A stretch of 64,000 nucleotides of DNA, from NCBI GenBank assembly GCA_964016885.1, contig OZ024743.1, positions 200,012,001 through 200,076,000 on the forward strand, written 5' to 3'. The translations under genes were made by a program, and so were the position numbers. Numbering within the stretch: the first letter of the stretch is position 1; each line of letters begins with the position of its first letter. Under the pieces are notes generated by a model. The model ran no database searches, was not told where the DNA came from, and worked only from the letters and a program-made list of their open reading frames with translations. This DNA is from Eledone cirrhosa (lineage: Eukaryota). Shown piece by piece: positions 16,308 through 29,847 of this stretch.

Positions 16308-19300
16308 CTACAGGCTGATATAGAGAGAAGGCCCATTCACTCGGGCCATTCTCGCCACTTTCACCCACCTTTCATAAAACTTGCTGGGGTACAGCACCTC
16401 TCTCTCCATCCTGATTCTTCTTCCAAAGTGGTATTTGAAAAAAAGAATCAGTTGTTGGCCGGAGAGAAAGGTGTCTGACCTCAGCCCTTTCAACCTTGTC
16501 CACCATACAACCTCTTTCGCCATAGCTATCACACAAAGGAAAACCGCCTCTCCTTCGTTTTTGAAGGAGGGTGGCGGTTTGATAATGACAATGGACTCGG
16601 TGGTCAACCGGATTGGTCCCACCCGCGACAATAGCCGTTCTACATAGCCCCACAGGTCAGTGACGCCCGGGCAGTGTATGAATGCGTGCGCAACGGTTTC
16701 TTCGTCTCGCACGCACCTCGGATAGATCTTTTTTGCAGGGTCCCTACCCGGGCACCCATGTCTCGAACTGGTAGAGCTCCTCGGTAGGAATGCTAGGCCA
16801 GGGACTTTGGGAAGTTGTCCATCGGTCCCGGGCGGAAGGTCCTACCGAACAGACTGGCCAATTCATCTTCCTCTACGCCTAGAGTTTCACCGAGCGCGTC
16901 GTCGCACTTGCTGCGGATCAACCCTTTATAGAATGACGAAGTGGAGTCTCCATTGATCGCCGGGTCCGCCTGCCAGAGGGCTGTGAGCGCCTGAGCACAT
17001 TCGATGTGCCAGTCGCCCATTTTCCTCGGTCTTTCCTTGACCCAGGACTGCAGCTCGGTCAGCGAGACGAGTCGTGGGAAGGCTCGCCTCACGAACGGGG
17101 CCCACACCGGTTGTCCGGTGAGGAATACGTAAGGGTGCCGCAGCCTGAGCGCGTGTTTGCGCATCGTCAACCACAGCATCCCCAGCCCTCCGTTAGAAGG
17201 GTGTTGGCAGCAGATGGATCTTCTCACCAAAGGAGCCCGCCTCTTCCAAAAGAATCGGAAGAGCGCGCGTTCCATTTTGGCGAGCGTTTTGGCTGGACAA
17301 GGCACGACGGTCAAGCGGTAGTAGATGGCGGACGCTATAAAAGTGTTCGCCACCTCCGCTCGACCTTTCAAGGATAGTTTGCACTCGGCCCACTTTTGGG
17401 TGAGTGCAAACACCTTGGCCCTCACTTCGTACCAGTTCTTCTCCACCTGGAGGTCCGGACCAAACCAGACCCCGAGCAGCTTTACCGGTCCTTCCGTGCA
17501 GCGTCCGACGACGCCATCGGAAGGCATCGGTTTGCCTCTCCACGATCCGAGTTGCAAACCGATGGACTTGTTCCGGTTCAGCTTCGCTCCTGTGAAACTT
17601 TCGTATTCCTTCAGTAAGCTGACGACTTCTTCCATTTGCGAGGCGCTCGACACCATTACTGTCATGTCGTCGGCGTAGGCCGACGCCGCTTTCCGCAGTT
17701 CCGGTTCCAGAGGGATGCCCTGCAATAGCTCCAACTTCCGCAGTAGTGGCTCGAGAGTTAGTACGTACATAAGGCAGGAGAGAGGGCATCCCTGTCGAAT
17801 GGATCGCGTAATATGGAATGGCTCCGAGAGGTAGCCGTTCACCTTGACCCTTGAGCAGATGTGCTGTTGTGCATTGCAGCAATCCAGCCCCTAAACACGG
17901 GTCCGAAGCCTGCCGCCTCGAGCACCGCATCCAGGTAACGATGGTCAACACTATCGAAAGCCTTAGACTGATCCAAGTTGGTCAGGGCCCCACCGAAGCC
18001 GGGTTTACACCCTACCCTCTCTATGATGTATCGCATGAGGTGGAGGTTGTCGTGTATGGACCTGGTCGGGATTGCGCATGTCTGCGCTTCTCCCACCAGG
18101 TTCTCGACGACAAGCGCCAGCCTCTTTGCCAACACCTTGGCCAAAATCTGTAACTCTGTGTTTAGCAGAGTTATGGGCCGGAAGTTGCCTATGTCATCCC
18201 TCTTATTCTCGTCCTTCCTGATTAGTGTGACCACGCCCCCGGTTACAGAACTGGGAATTCTCCCGTTCTGTTGCCAGTTGCAGTAGACCGCTTCCAGGAG
18301 ACCGGAGAATAAGTCCGGCATTGCTACGTAAAATTCGTAGGGTAGACCATCTAGACCTGGAGATTTGCGTTTGCCGCATTGGCTCAGCGCGTCCCCTATC
18401 TCAGTGGCTGAAATCGGCTTTTCGCAGAACTTTGACTCGCTGTCCGAGAGTCGCGGTAGGCCGTCGAGGTATGGACCAAAATCCATAGCCTCCCCCCCCC
18501 CGAACAGCTGAGCAAAATGCCGCTGAAAAGCCGCATACATCTGCTTCGGCTCACGTATCACGCGTCCGTTTTGGTCCTTCAAAGACCGAATCGAGGACTT
18601 GTTGCTACTTTTTGCCTCCGTCACTCGGGCCCAGCTAACAGCTTTGGCTCCCTCGTTTCCGAGAGCACGTATTTTGCTTCTGACAACGCAACCCTCGTGC
18701 TTTGCGTCGAAGAACTGGTCCAAGGCCGTTCTCGTTGCTAGCACGCTGGCTACGTTGCCACTTCTAATTGCCTCTTCTACTTTATCTACCAGTTCCTTCT
18801 CGGTTCTATTTCTATCTAACGCTAATTCTTTACTAAAAACTATCGAGTCTAATCTAACTGCCCTCTTGAGAGAGTACCACCATCTGTTGTTGACAATGGC
18901 CCCTGTCAAGTTCTGTTTAACTAAAGTGCTAATCCGTCTACTGTAGGCTTTGCTTGTCGGTAACGACAAGTTCAGGTTCCAGTAGCCGGGTCCTTGTCTA
19001 TGGGTTCTATCAAGGTTGGCCATGCAGGTCACTAGTTTGTGATCTGAATAGGCAACCATGAACATATGTGGACAGCTTAATATGTCCCTATCCTTATTTC
19101 TAACTAGAACCCTATCTAGGTACGATCTAGATGTTCCGCTACGATTACTCCACGTCCACAGTGGCGCAGTCGGAAAATCTAGTCGATATCTATCGGCCAG
19201 GTCAAATCGGTCGATTAACTGTTTGGGGCTGTTACACCCCCCTTTATCGGGACATGCTCCCACATAGTCCCAACGTGCATCTAGGATTCCATTCCAGTCC

Positions 19301-19719
19301 CCCACTAAAAGCAAGGAGCGGGACGTTCCCAGAAAAGTCTCTAGACGCTTGAAGAAGTCTGGCCGCGGTGTCCCGGATGGGGCATATGCAGCCACCAGCC
19401 TGAAGGCTCCACCTTCACTAACGTCAACGTCTAGGACCACCAGTCGACCCTCCGGGTCCAGATGTACCGTCTGTGTTACGAGGCCCAGGTGTTTCCGCAG
19501 CAAAACGGCAACTCCGCCCCCACCCCCCGGTTGACAGAGAGATGCGTAGATCTCAAAGTCATCGAAGATGGGGGCCAGCTGTCGCTCGCTGTGGATCCTG
19601 GACTCGCAAATGGCTACCACATCCATACTGTGCGACCTGAGGTCGTTTAAGAGTTTGCCCTGTTTCCAGGGCATCCCCAGGCCGCGTACGTTCACACATC
19701 CAACTTTTATATTGGCCAT
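16308..19719 (-). pseudogene. LINE ORF2 of copy 1, broken by small deletions
   Basis: Same motifs as copy 2, with frameshifting deletions relative to copy 2 near 17860 and 16765-16795. Confidence 0.9.
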
Positions 19720-19752
19720 GTTGGTGCTGAAAAGTTAAAAGAGGAAAAGAGA

Positions 19753-21657
19753 TCACTCACCCTTCGTCTCCTGGGGACCAGGCCGCACGATTTCCATGGG
19801 GGTGTTGGAGGGGTTGTCTGGATGGGTGGTGGTTTCCGGCGGGGTGGGGATGGAGATGTTTCGTGGGGTGGGGTCTGGTGGGATGGGGGTGTCTGGGGTG
19901 GGGAGACATTTGAGAAGGACGCGATTGAGTGGTTTCACGCAGGAATTCCCCACATCCTTCTCAAACGTTTCTTTTAGGGACCTATAATTTTGTATAGGGA
20001 CCCTAATCAGTTTTAGGTTCAGTTTTTTGCTATTTTTAATAGAGTGGGCGAAAGTTTTACCTTCGGTTTTCACCGAAGGGTCGTTCGTGATGGTCTCCAT
20101 TAGTGTTTTGTTTTCAGTGTTTATGTAAGTGTAAGTGTAATTTTCTTGTGTTTGTTTTTGTCTGTAGTTCTTGTGTGTGCTTTCGTTTCGTTGTAGGTAT
20201 TTTGTTTTCAGGAGGTGGGGATTTTGTTTGTGATGTTTTTGTTGTTTGTGTTGGTGGTTGTATGTTTGTGGTAGTGTTTGCTGGTTTTTTGCTTTTGTGA
20301 TGTCTTTTCTTTCTTTTCGAGCGATGGGGTTCTCCCTCGTTTTCACTGGGTGATGGCGTGATAGCCTCATCTGTTGTATCGTCTGTGTGATTGGGGAGGG
20401 GTATGTCTTGGGGAGCTGTTGTGTCTGTATGTGATTTTGCAGTGGTTTTAGGTGGAGTGGGGTTGGGTGGGACTGTGTTTGTTGTGGTTATTTTTGTGTG
20501 TTAGTGTTGTTGTTGTTGTGGTGGTGTTGGTGGTTGTGTTGTTTTGATGGATGTCGGCAGAAGAGCCTTTTTTTGATTCATTAATTTAGGACAGGAAGCC
20601 CTCATGTGTCCCCTGCTAAAGCAATGGTAACATGAAGGCCGCCTACCCTCAACCGAAAAGTTTATGTAGGTGAGTCCGTCCAGGAGTATACGTTGTGGGA
20701 TCATAGCTATTCGCTCTGGGTTCATTTGCACCAGAACTTCAATGCTAGTCCCATTGAATACATTTCTGGGGGACTTGCCTACTGACAGTATTCTGTCTTC
20801 ATCAAAATTGATGAAGCCGCACAGTATCCACCATATTTTCACCTTTGGTGTGACACTCGTGATTCTGATCTTTTGTGTCGTTTTTCCCATGTATGTAGGG
20901 AAAAAGGTGTACAGGATGGATACAATTGGCGACACAGAGTAATTTTGGGCCGTCAATTGATCCTTCATCAGTACCGAAATACTCCCAAAAAGTTTGCTTC
21001 TTTGAATGAATGCAATATCATTCATTGAATCTTTGAAAACCAGTTCAATATCTTTCTGTGACAATTGGACTGGTTTTCGGGTAGAATTGGAAACTGTCCT
21101 AAAAACTATCGTTTTGAGAGCAGTTTCCTTGCGAATTTCTACCGGAGAATAGATGCTGAAAGCACCATTTTTTTCGAAACTGACATATCTCCTAAGGTCC
21201 TTCAAAAGTTGTTCAGCATTTGTTATGTCGAGATATATCAATTCCTCCTTCTTTTGAACTTTCTCTGCAATGGAGATTTTTGGTTTCTTTGTGGAATCCG
21301 TGTTGTTGGTGTTGTCATTATTGTTGTTATTCTTGTTGTTATTCTTGTTGTCACCGATGTTGATATTATTTTCCTTGGTGTTGTTGTTATCTTTGGTGCT
21401 GGTGTTATTGGTGTTGTCTTTATTTTTTCTTTGTTGTTGTTATCATTGTTGCTTTTATCATCATTATTGGTGTTGCTGTTATTTTTGTTGTCATTGAACT
21501 GTTTGGTGTCATTTGTGTTGTTTGGATATGAATTCGTTTTTACATTTTCATTTCGTCTTTCCATCTCTATAGTATCTAGTGAAGAAGACGTTGTTGACTG
21601 CGAGCTTTGTAGTCTTACCGCCTCTCCACCACCATTATCGTTGGACGCAGCGTTCAT
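19753..21657 (-). pseudogene. LINE ORF1 of copy 1, disrupted
   Basis: Three ORF pieces homologous to copy 2 ORF1, with a premature stop at 20501 and a frameshift near 21365. Confidence 0.85.
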
Positions 21658-21876
21658 AACGTAATCAAAATTTTACAATATTTTTTTCCAAGATTCGATG
21701 GAGAAAAATTTTTTAAATGGATATTCCGCCCCTGAAGGGGCGAAAATGAGTTGACCCACCAGCTGAAGGTCCAGACGGGGGGTCAAGTTACACAATGATA
21801 TAAAATTTAACTAAAAACTCACGTTTTTTTCTTACATAAATTAACGGAAACTTCTCCGCGAAGTTACACACGTCTG

Positions 21877-21890
21877 ATAGAGAGAGAGTG

Positions 21891-21943
<53 letters not shown>

Positions 21944-21944
21944 T

Positions 21945-21991
<47 letters not shown>

Positions 21992-21992
21992 T
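21877..21992. repeat. (GATA)n microsatellite between the two Tx1-like LINEs; also 27838-27908
   Basis: Read directly from the sequence. Confidence 0.97.
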
Positions 21993-22230
21993 ATTTCTTT
22001 ATTAGCCACAGGGGCACAAAAGAAGGGGACAAATACAAAGGGGGAAGTTTACATACAATAAAAACGTGTAAAATGTTATCACAGATGGAATTTAAAAATT
22101 AGTCGATTTTCCCCAATAGAGGGAGACAGTTTATATGGGTAACACAGACCCCCGAAAAAAATGTGCAACCCTCATCTCCAGGAGTACGAAGAGCTTGTAC
22201 TCCTTTCCTCTCCTCCTCCTTTTCCTCAAC

Positions 22231-25200
22231 CTACAGGCTGATATAGAGAGAAGGCCCATTCACTCGGGCCATTCTCGCCACTTTCACCCACCTTTCATAA
22301 AACTTGCTGGGGTACAGCACCTCTCTCTCCATCCTGATTCTTCTTCCAAAGTGGTATTTGAAAAAAAGAATCAGTTGTTGGCCGGAGAGAAAGGTGTCTG
22401 ACCTCAGCCCTTTCAACCTTGTCCACCATACAACCGCTTTCGCCATAGCTATCACACAAAGGAAAACCGCCTCTCCTTCGTTTTTGAAGGAGGGTGGCGG
22501 TTTGATCATGACAATGGACTCGGTGGTCAACTGGATTGGTCCCACCCGCGACAATAGTCGTTCTACATAGCCCCACAGGTCAGTGACGCCCGGGCAGTGT
22601 ATGAATGCGTGCGCGACGGTTTCTTCGTCTCGCACGCACCTCGGACAGATCTTTTTTGCAGGGTCCCTGCCCGGGCGCCCATGTCTGTAGAGCTTGTCTC
22701 GAACTGGTAGAGCTCCTCGGTAGCACTGCCAGGCCAGGGACTTTTGGAAGTTGTCCATCGGTCCCGGGCGGAAGGTCCTACCGAACAGACTGGCCAGTTC
22801 ATCTTCCTCCACGCCTAGAGTTTCACCGAGCGCGTCGTCGCACTTGCTGCGGACCAACCCTATATAGAATGACGAAGTGGAGTCTCCACTGATCGCCGGG
22901 TCCGCCTGCCAGAGGGCTGTGAGCGCCTGAGCACATTCGATGTGCCAGTCGCCCATTTTCCTCGGTCTCTGCTTGACCCAGGACTGCAGCTCGGTCAGCG
23001 AGACGAGTCGTGGGAAGGCTCGCCTCACGAACGGGGCCCACACCGGTTGTCCGGTGAGGAATACGTAGAGATGCCGCAGCCTGAGCGCGTGTTTGCGCAT
23101 CGTCAACCACGGCATCCCCAGCCCTCCGTTAGAAGGGTGTTGGCAGCAGATGGATCTTCTTACCAAAGGAGCCCGCCTCTTCCAAAGGAATCGAAAGAGG
23201 GCGCGCTCCATTTTGGCGAGCGTTTTGGCTGGACAAGGCACGACGGTCAAGCGGTAGTAGATGGCGGACGCTATAAAAGTGTTCGCCACCTCCGCTCGAC
23301 CTTTCAAGGATAGTTTGCACTCGGCCCACTTCTGGGTGAGTGCAAACACCTTGGCCGTCACTTCGTTCCAGTTCTTCTCCACCTGGAAGTCCGGACCAAA
23401 CCAGACCCCGAGCAGCTTTACCGGTCCTTCCGTCCAGCGTCCGACGACGCCATCGGAAGGCATCGGTCTGCCTCTCCACGATCCGAGTTGCAAACCGATG
23501 GACTTGTCCCGGTTCAGCTTCGCTCCTGTGAGACTTTCGTATTCCTTTAGTAAGGTGCCGACTTCCTCGATTTGCGAGGCGCTCGACACCATTACTGTCA
23601 CGTCGTCGGCGTAGGCCGACGCCGCTTTCCGCAGTCCCGGTTCCAGAGGGATGCCCTGCAATAGCTCCAGCTTCCGCAGTAGTGGCTCGAGAGTCAGTAC
23701 GTACAGAAGGGAGGAGAGAGGGCATCCCTGTCGAATGGATCGCGTAATATGGAACGGCTCCGAGAGGTAACCGTTCACCTTGACCCTTGAGCAGATGTTG
23801 CTGTTGTGCATTGCAGCAATCCAGCACCTGAACACGGGTCCGAAGCCTGCCGCCTCGAGCACCGCATCCAGGTAACGATGGTCAACCCTATCGAAAGCCT
23901 TAGACTGATCCAAGTTGATCAGGGCCCCACCGAAGCCGGGTTTACACCCTACCCTCTCTATGATGTATCCCATGAGGTGGAGGTTGTCGTGTATGGACCT
24001 GGTCGGGATCGCGCATGTCTGCGCTTCTCCCACCAGGTTCTCGACGACAAGCGCCAGCCTCTTTGCCAACACCTTGGCCAAAATCTGTAACTCTGTGTTT
24101 AGCAGAGTTATGGGCCGGAAGTTGCCTATGTCATCCCCCTTATTCTCGTCCTTCCTGATTAGTGTGACCACGCCCCCGGTTACAGAACTGGGAATTCTCC
24201 CGTTCTGTTGCCAGTTGCAGTAGACCGCTTCCAGGAGACCGGAGAATAAGTCCGGCATTGCTACGTACAATTCGTAGGGTAGACCGTCGAGACCTGGAGA
24301 TTTGCGTTTGCCGCATTGGCTCAGCGCGTCCCCTATCTCAGTGGCTGAAATCGGCTTTTCGCAGAACTTCGCCTCGCTGTCCGAGAGTCGCGGTAGGCCG
24401 TCGAGGTATGGACCGAAATCCATAGCCTCTCCCGGCGCGCCGCTCCCCCCGAACAGCCGAGCAAAGTGCCGCTGAAAAGCCGCACACATCTGCTTCGGCT
24501 CACGTATCACGCGTCCGTTTTGGTCCTTCAAAGACCGAATCGTGGACTTGTTGCCACTTTTTGCCTCCGTCACTCGGGCCCAGCTAACAGCTTTGGCTCC
24601 CTCGTTTCCCAGAGCACGTATTTTGCTTCTGACAACTCAGCCCTCGTGCTTTGCGTCGAAGAACTGGTCCAAGGCCGTTCTCGTTGCTAGCACGCTGGCT
24701 ACGTTGCCACTTCTAATAGCCTCTTCTACTTTATCTACCAGTTCCTTCTCGGTTCTATTTCTATCTAACGCTAATTCTTTACTAAAAACTATCGAGTCTA
24801 ATCTAACTGCCCTCTTGAGAGAGTACCACCATCTGTTGTTGACAATGGCCCCTGTCAAGTGCTGTTTAACTAAAGTGCTAATCCGTCTACTGTAGGCTTT
24901 GCTTGTCGGTAACGACAAGTTCAGCTTCCAGTAGCCGGGTCCTTGTCTATGGGTTCTATCAAGGTTGGCCATGCAGGTCACTAGTTTGTGATCTGAATAG
25001 GCAACCATGAACATTTGTGGACAGCTTAACATGTCCCTATCCTTATTTCTAACTAGAACCCTATCTAGGTACGATCTAGATGTTCCGCTACGATTACTCC
25101 ACGTCCACAGTGGCGCAGTCGGAAAATCTAGTCGATATCTATCGGCCAGGTCAAATCGGTCGATTAACTGTTTGAGGCTGTTACACCCCCCTTTATCGGG

Positions 25201-25668
25201 ACATGCTCCCACATAGTCCCAACGTGCATCTAGGATTCCATTCCAGTCCCCCACTAAAAGCAAGGAGCGGGACGTTCCCAGAAAAGTCTCTAGACGTTTG
25301 AAGAAGTCTGGCCGCGGTGTCCCGGATGGGGCATATGCGGCCACCAGCCTGAACGCTCCACCTTCACTACCGTCAACGTCTAGGACCACCAGTCGACCCT
25401 CCGGGTCCAGATGTACCGTCTGTGTTACGAGGCCCAGGTGTTTCCGCAGCAAAACGGCAACTCCGCCCCCACCCCCCGGTTGACAGAGAGATGCGTAGAT
25501 CTCAAAGTCATCGAAGATGGGGGCCAGCTGTCGCTCGCCGTGGATCCTGGACTCGCAAATGGCTACCACATCCAAACTGTGCGACCTGAGGTCGTTTAAG
25601 AGTTTGCCCTGTTTCCAGGGCATCCCCAGGCCGCGTACGTTCACACATCCAACTCTTATATTGGCCAT
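22231..25668 (-). pseudogene. LINE ORF2 (APE endonuclease, RT, C-terminal cysteine-rich zinc-binding domain) with a single in-frame stop
   Basis: ORFs 24637-25668 and 22231-24573 are in the same frame, split by one TGA (24637-24639). Motifs: CVNVRGL, VGDWN, SYLDR, SDH, KSPGLDG, FRPITLLN, DQSKAFDRV, RQGCPLS, YADD, CPRC..ETVAHAFIHCP. Confidence 0.93.
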
Positions 25669-25701
25669 GTTGGTGCTGAAAAGTTAAAAGAGTAAAAGAG
25701 A

Positions 25702-27619
25702 TCACTCACCCTTCGCCTCCCGGGGACCAGGCCGCACGATTTCCATGGGGGTGTTGGAGGGGTTGTCTGGATGGGTGGTGGTTTCCGGCGGGGTGGGGAC
25801 GCAGATGTTTGGTGGGGTGGGGTCTGGTGGAATGGGGGTGTCTGGGGTGGGGAGGCATTTGAGAAGGACGCGGTTGAGTGGTTTCACGCAGGAATTCCCC
25901 ACATCCTTCTCAAATGTTTCTTTTAGGGACCTATAAGTTTGTATAGGGACCCTAATCAGTTTTAGGTTCATTTTTTTGCTATTTTTTATAGAGTGGGCGA
26001 AAGTTTTCCCTTCGGTGAAAACCGAAGGGTCGTTCGTAATGGTCTCCATTAGTGTTTTGTTTTCAGTGTTTATGTAAGTGTAAGTGTAATTTTCTTGTGT
26101 TGTGTTTGTTTTTGTCTGTAGTTCTTGTGTGTGCTTTCGTTTTGTTGTAGGTATTTTGTTTTCAGGAGGTGGGGGTTTTGTTTGTGATATTTTTGTTGTT
26201 TGTGTTGGTGGTTGTATGTTTGTGGTAGTGTTTGCTGGTTTTTTGCTTTTGTGATGTCTTTTCTTTCTTTTCGAGCGATGGGGTTCTCCCTCGTCTTCAC
26301 TGGGTGATGGCGAGATAGCCTCATCTGTTGTATCGTCTGTGTGATTGGGGAGGGGTATGTCTTGGGGAGCTGTTGTGTCTGTATGTGATTTTGCAGTGGT
26401 TTTAGGTGGAGTGAGGTTGGGTGGGACTGTGTTTGTTGTGGTTATTTTTGTGTGTTGGTGTTGTTGTTGTAGTGGTGGTGTTGGTGGTTGTGTTGTTTTG
26501 ATGGGTGTTGGCAGAAGAGCCTTTTTTTGGTTCATTAGTTTAGGACAGGAAGCCCTCAGGTGACCCCTGCTAAAGCAATGGTAACATGAAGGCCGCCTAC
26601 CCTCAACCGAAAGGTTTATGTAGGTAAGTCCGTCCAGGAGTACACGCTGTGGGATCATAGCTATTCGCTCTGGGCTCATTTGCACCAGAACTTCAATGCT
26701 AGTCCCATTGAATACATCTCTGGGGGACTTGCCTACTGACAGTATTCTGTCTTCATCAAAATTGATGAAGCCGCACAGTATCCACCATATGTTCACCTTT
26801 GGTGTGACACTTGTGATTCTGATCTTTTGTGTCCTTTTTCCCATGTATGTAGGGAAAAAGGTGTACAGGTTGGATACAATTGGCGACACAGAGTAATTTT
26901 GGGCCGTCAATTGATCCTTCATCAGTACCGAAATACTCCCAAAAAGTTTGCTTCTTTGAATGAATGCAATATCATTCATTGAATCTTTGAAAAACCAGTT
27001 CAATATCTTTCTGTGACAATTGGACTGGTTTTCGGGTAGAATTGGAAACTGTCCTAAAAACTATCGTTTTGAGAGCAGTTTCCTTGCGAATTTCTACCGG
27101 AGAATTGATGCTGAAAGCACCATTTTTTTCGAAGGTGACATATCTCTTAGCGTCCTTTAAAAGGTGTTCAGCATTTGTTATGTCGAGATATATCAATTGT
27201 TCTTTCTTTTGAACTTTCTCCGCAAAGGAGATTTTTGGTTTCTTTGTGGAATCCGTATTGGTGGTGTTGTCATTATTGTTGTTATTCTTGTTGTTATTCT
27301 TGTTGTCACCGATGTTGGTATCATCCGTATTTTCCTTGGTGTTGTTGTTGTCTTTGATGCTGGTGTTATTGGCGTTGTCTTTATTTTTTTCTTTGTTGTT
27401 GTTATCATTGTTGCTTTTATCATCATTATTGGTTTTGCTGTTATTTTTGTTGTCATTGAGCTGTTTGGTGTCATTTGTGTTGTTTGGATGTGAATTCGTT
27501 TTTTTATTTTCATTTTGTCTTTCCATCTCTATAGTATCTAGTGAAGAAGACGTTGTTGACTGCGAGCTTTGTAGTCTTACCGCCTCTCCACCACCATTAT
27601 CGTTGGACGCAGCGTTCAT
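25702..27619 (-). pseudogene. LINE ORF1 (gag-like, CCHC zinc knuckle) of copy 2, one frameshift
   Basis: ORFs 26972-27619 and 25702-27003 are joined by a 1-nt shift in an A run near 26990. Contains CYHCFSRGHLRASC plus N-rich and T/P-rich low-complexity regions. Confidence 0.88.
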
Positions 27620-27843
27620 AACGTAATCAAAATTTTACAATATTTTTTCCAAGATTCGATGGAGAAAAATTTTTTAAATGGATATTCCGCCCCTGAAGGG
27701 GCGAAAATGAGTTGACCCACCACCTGAAGGTCCAGACGGGTGGTCAAGTTACACAATGATATAAAATTGAACTAAAAACTCACGTTTTTTCCTTACATAA
27801 ATTAACGGAAACTTCTCCGCGAAGTGACACACGACTGATAGAG

Positions 27844-27909
<66 letters not shown>

Positions 27910-28270
27910 GTCTATATTCCATATATATAAGTAGTTATGAAAATAGAGGGTAGAGGGGAGGAAGAGAAGGAGTGAGAGAAAGAGACTTGTAGCATTCAAA
28001 TGGAGTTATATAATATCACAAATTCTCCAATTATAAAGAGACTCAGTAAAGATAAGGACATATACACATGATCAAATAATTCACCATTCCTCATCATACA
28101 CACATCCTTACCAACCTCATATATCAACTGCGTACAACACCGCCATCTTAATCCCATGGATTCAAGGGAGCACAAACTCATGCACAGAACAGAGACTTAC
28201 ACACAAGCAAGCAACTACACACACGCAGGTATATGTGAGTGTCTACTTATATATACATACGTGTGTATGA

Positions 28271-28340
<70 letters not shown>

Positions 28341-28413
28341 CATATATATATTCACATATGTATATGTATATGTATATGTATATATATGTACATATATATA
28401 GCTATATCTATCT

Positions 28414-28505
<92 letters not shown>

Positions 28506-28518
28506 CTATATATATACG

Positions 28519-28552
<34 letters not shown>

Positions 28553-28572
28553 ATATACATATATATATACAC

Positions 28573-28607
<35 letters not shown>

Positions 28608-28699
28608 GCTATATATATATCTATATATATATATATGTGTGTATATATATATATATGTATATTATATAAATATATATATATATATATATACGTATATAC

Positions 28700-28796
<97 letters not shown>

Positions 28797-28815
28797 CATA
28801 TACACACACACACAG

Positions 28816-28864
<49 letters not shown>

Positions 28865-29312
28865 TTCATATGTATACACCCATTTATAGAGATATATGTA
28901 TATATATGCATAACAAATACGTGTGTGTATGAATGTGTTAGCGGATGCATATGTATGCCTGTGTGTGTGTCTGTGCATTATGTTAGCATAATCCCAATTT
29001 CCTGATCAGTATTTCCTTCTTCCCCTCAACTCCAAATTGATGGCCTTGTGCCTAAATTAGAAACCATTAATTTGATCAGCCATTTATTTATATATATAAA
29101 TGGAAAAGAATGAAACGAAAGGCGACGATGGTTGCCGAACACTGTACGGCGTAATTCGGGCTGTTTGTTTACAAACAAACCGAACATTATAATAAATGTT
29201 CGGTAAACCCATACGTACATATATAAATGTGTGTGCTTGTATGTATATATATATATACATACTACTGTCTGTACGTCTGTATACATATATGTATGGACGT
29301 ATATATACTTAC

Positions 29313-29389
<77 letters not shown>

Positions 29390-29393
<4 letters not shown>

Positions 29394-29834
29394 TAAAGTT
29401 AGTCCTTCATCAGTGATCTTCCAACCATCATTGGTATTTCATTGCTTTGAAGACCATATACCTCTGGTTGGTGCGAGCAACGGCTAAAAAAAGTCGTTGG
29501 GACACGTAAATAAAGGGGACACGAGTGTAAACAAACAAAAATGGTGAAGCAACGAAAAGTGAGGAAGAAGGAGTCAAGTCCCAAATTTCTATGAATTTAA
29601 ATTCGGTGAAATCGTGAACGAGAGAGAATAAAGACCATCAAACCTGGTTGAAATGTGAGCAAGGAAGGAATTTCGCACAGGTCTAACGAGAGGAAGAAGG
29701 GGTCTAGTCTGTGAATTCGATGAACGTAAGTTCTGTGAATCGTAGAAGAGAGAGAGAAAAATGTTTCTCTCTCTCGTCTACGATTTCACAGAACTTATGT
29801 TTACCGAATTCACAGACTAGACACCTTCTTCCTC
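29390..29834. repeat. Repeat family B with a terminal fold-back (29690-29834); inverse copy at ~58310-58685 and fragments at 6875-6935, 31260-31370, 38360-38465, 57973-58052
   Basis: Shared string ggtatatggtctttaaagcgatgaaataccaatgatggttggaagatcactgatgaaggactaactttattc. Confidence 0.85.
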
Positions 29835-29847
29835 CCATTATATATAT

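Larger units (their letters stand above)
16069..21876 (-). mobile_element. Full-length Tx1/L1-clade LINE, copy 1 (ORF1 and ORF2 both disrupted)
   Basis: ORF1 pieces 21238-21657, 20501-21241 (CYHCFSRGHMRASC knuckle) and 19753-20370. ORF2 pieces 17839-19719, 16793-17842 and 16308-16712. AATAAA at the 3' end is followed by TATC repeats. Confidence 0.95.
21993..27837 (-). mobile_element. Full-length Tx1/L1-clade LINE, copy 2, head-to-tail with copy 1
   Basis: Collinear and highly similar to copy 1 over ~5.8 kb, with the same 5' start (..CTCTCTAT|CAG) and 3' end (AATAAAGAAA). Separated from copy 1 only by (GATA)n. Confidence 0.95.

Noticed and set aside
24637-24639. In-frame TGA in copy 2 ORF2 aligned to TGC (Cys) in copy 1, a possible selenocysteine
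   Set aside because: A single C-to-A change explains it, the site is not a catalytic motif, and I see no SECIS-like hairpin in the 3' UTR. Treated as a nonsense mutation.
16372-26896. Alternative-frame and antisense ORFs overlapping the LINEs, such as 17193-17951 and 23129-23827
   Set aside because: They are shadows of GC-rich LINE coding sequence, duplicated only because the element is duplicated.
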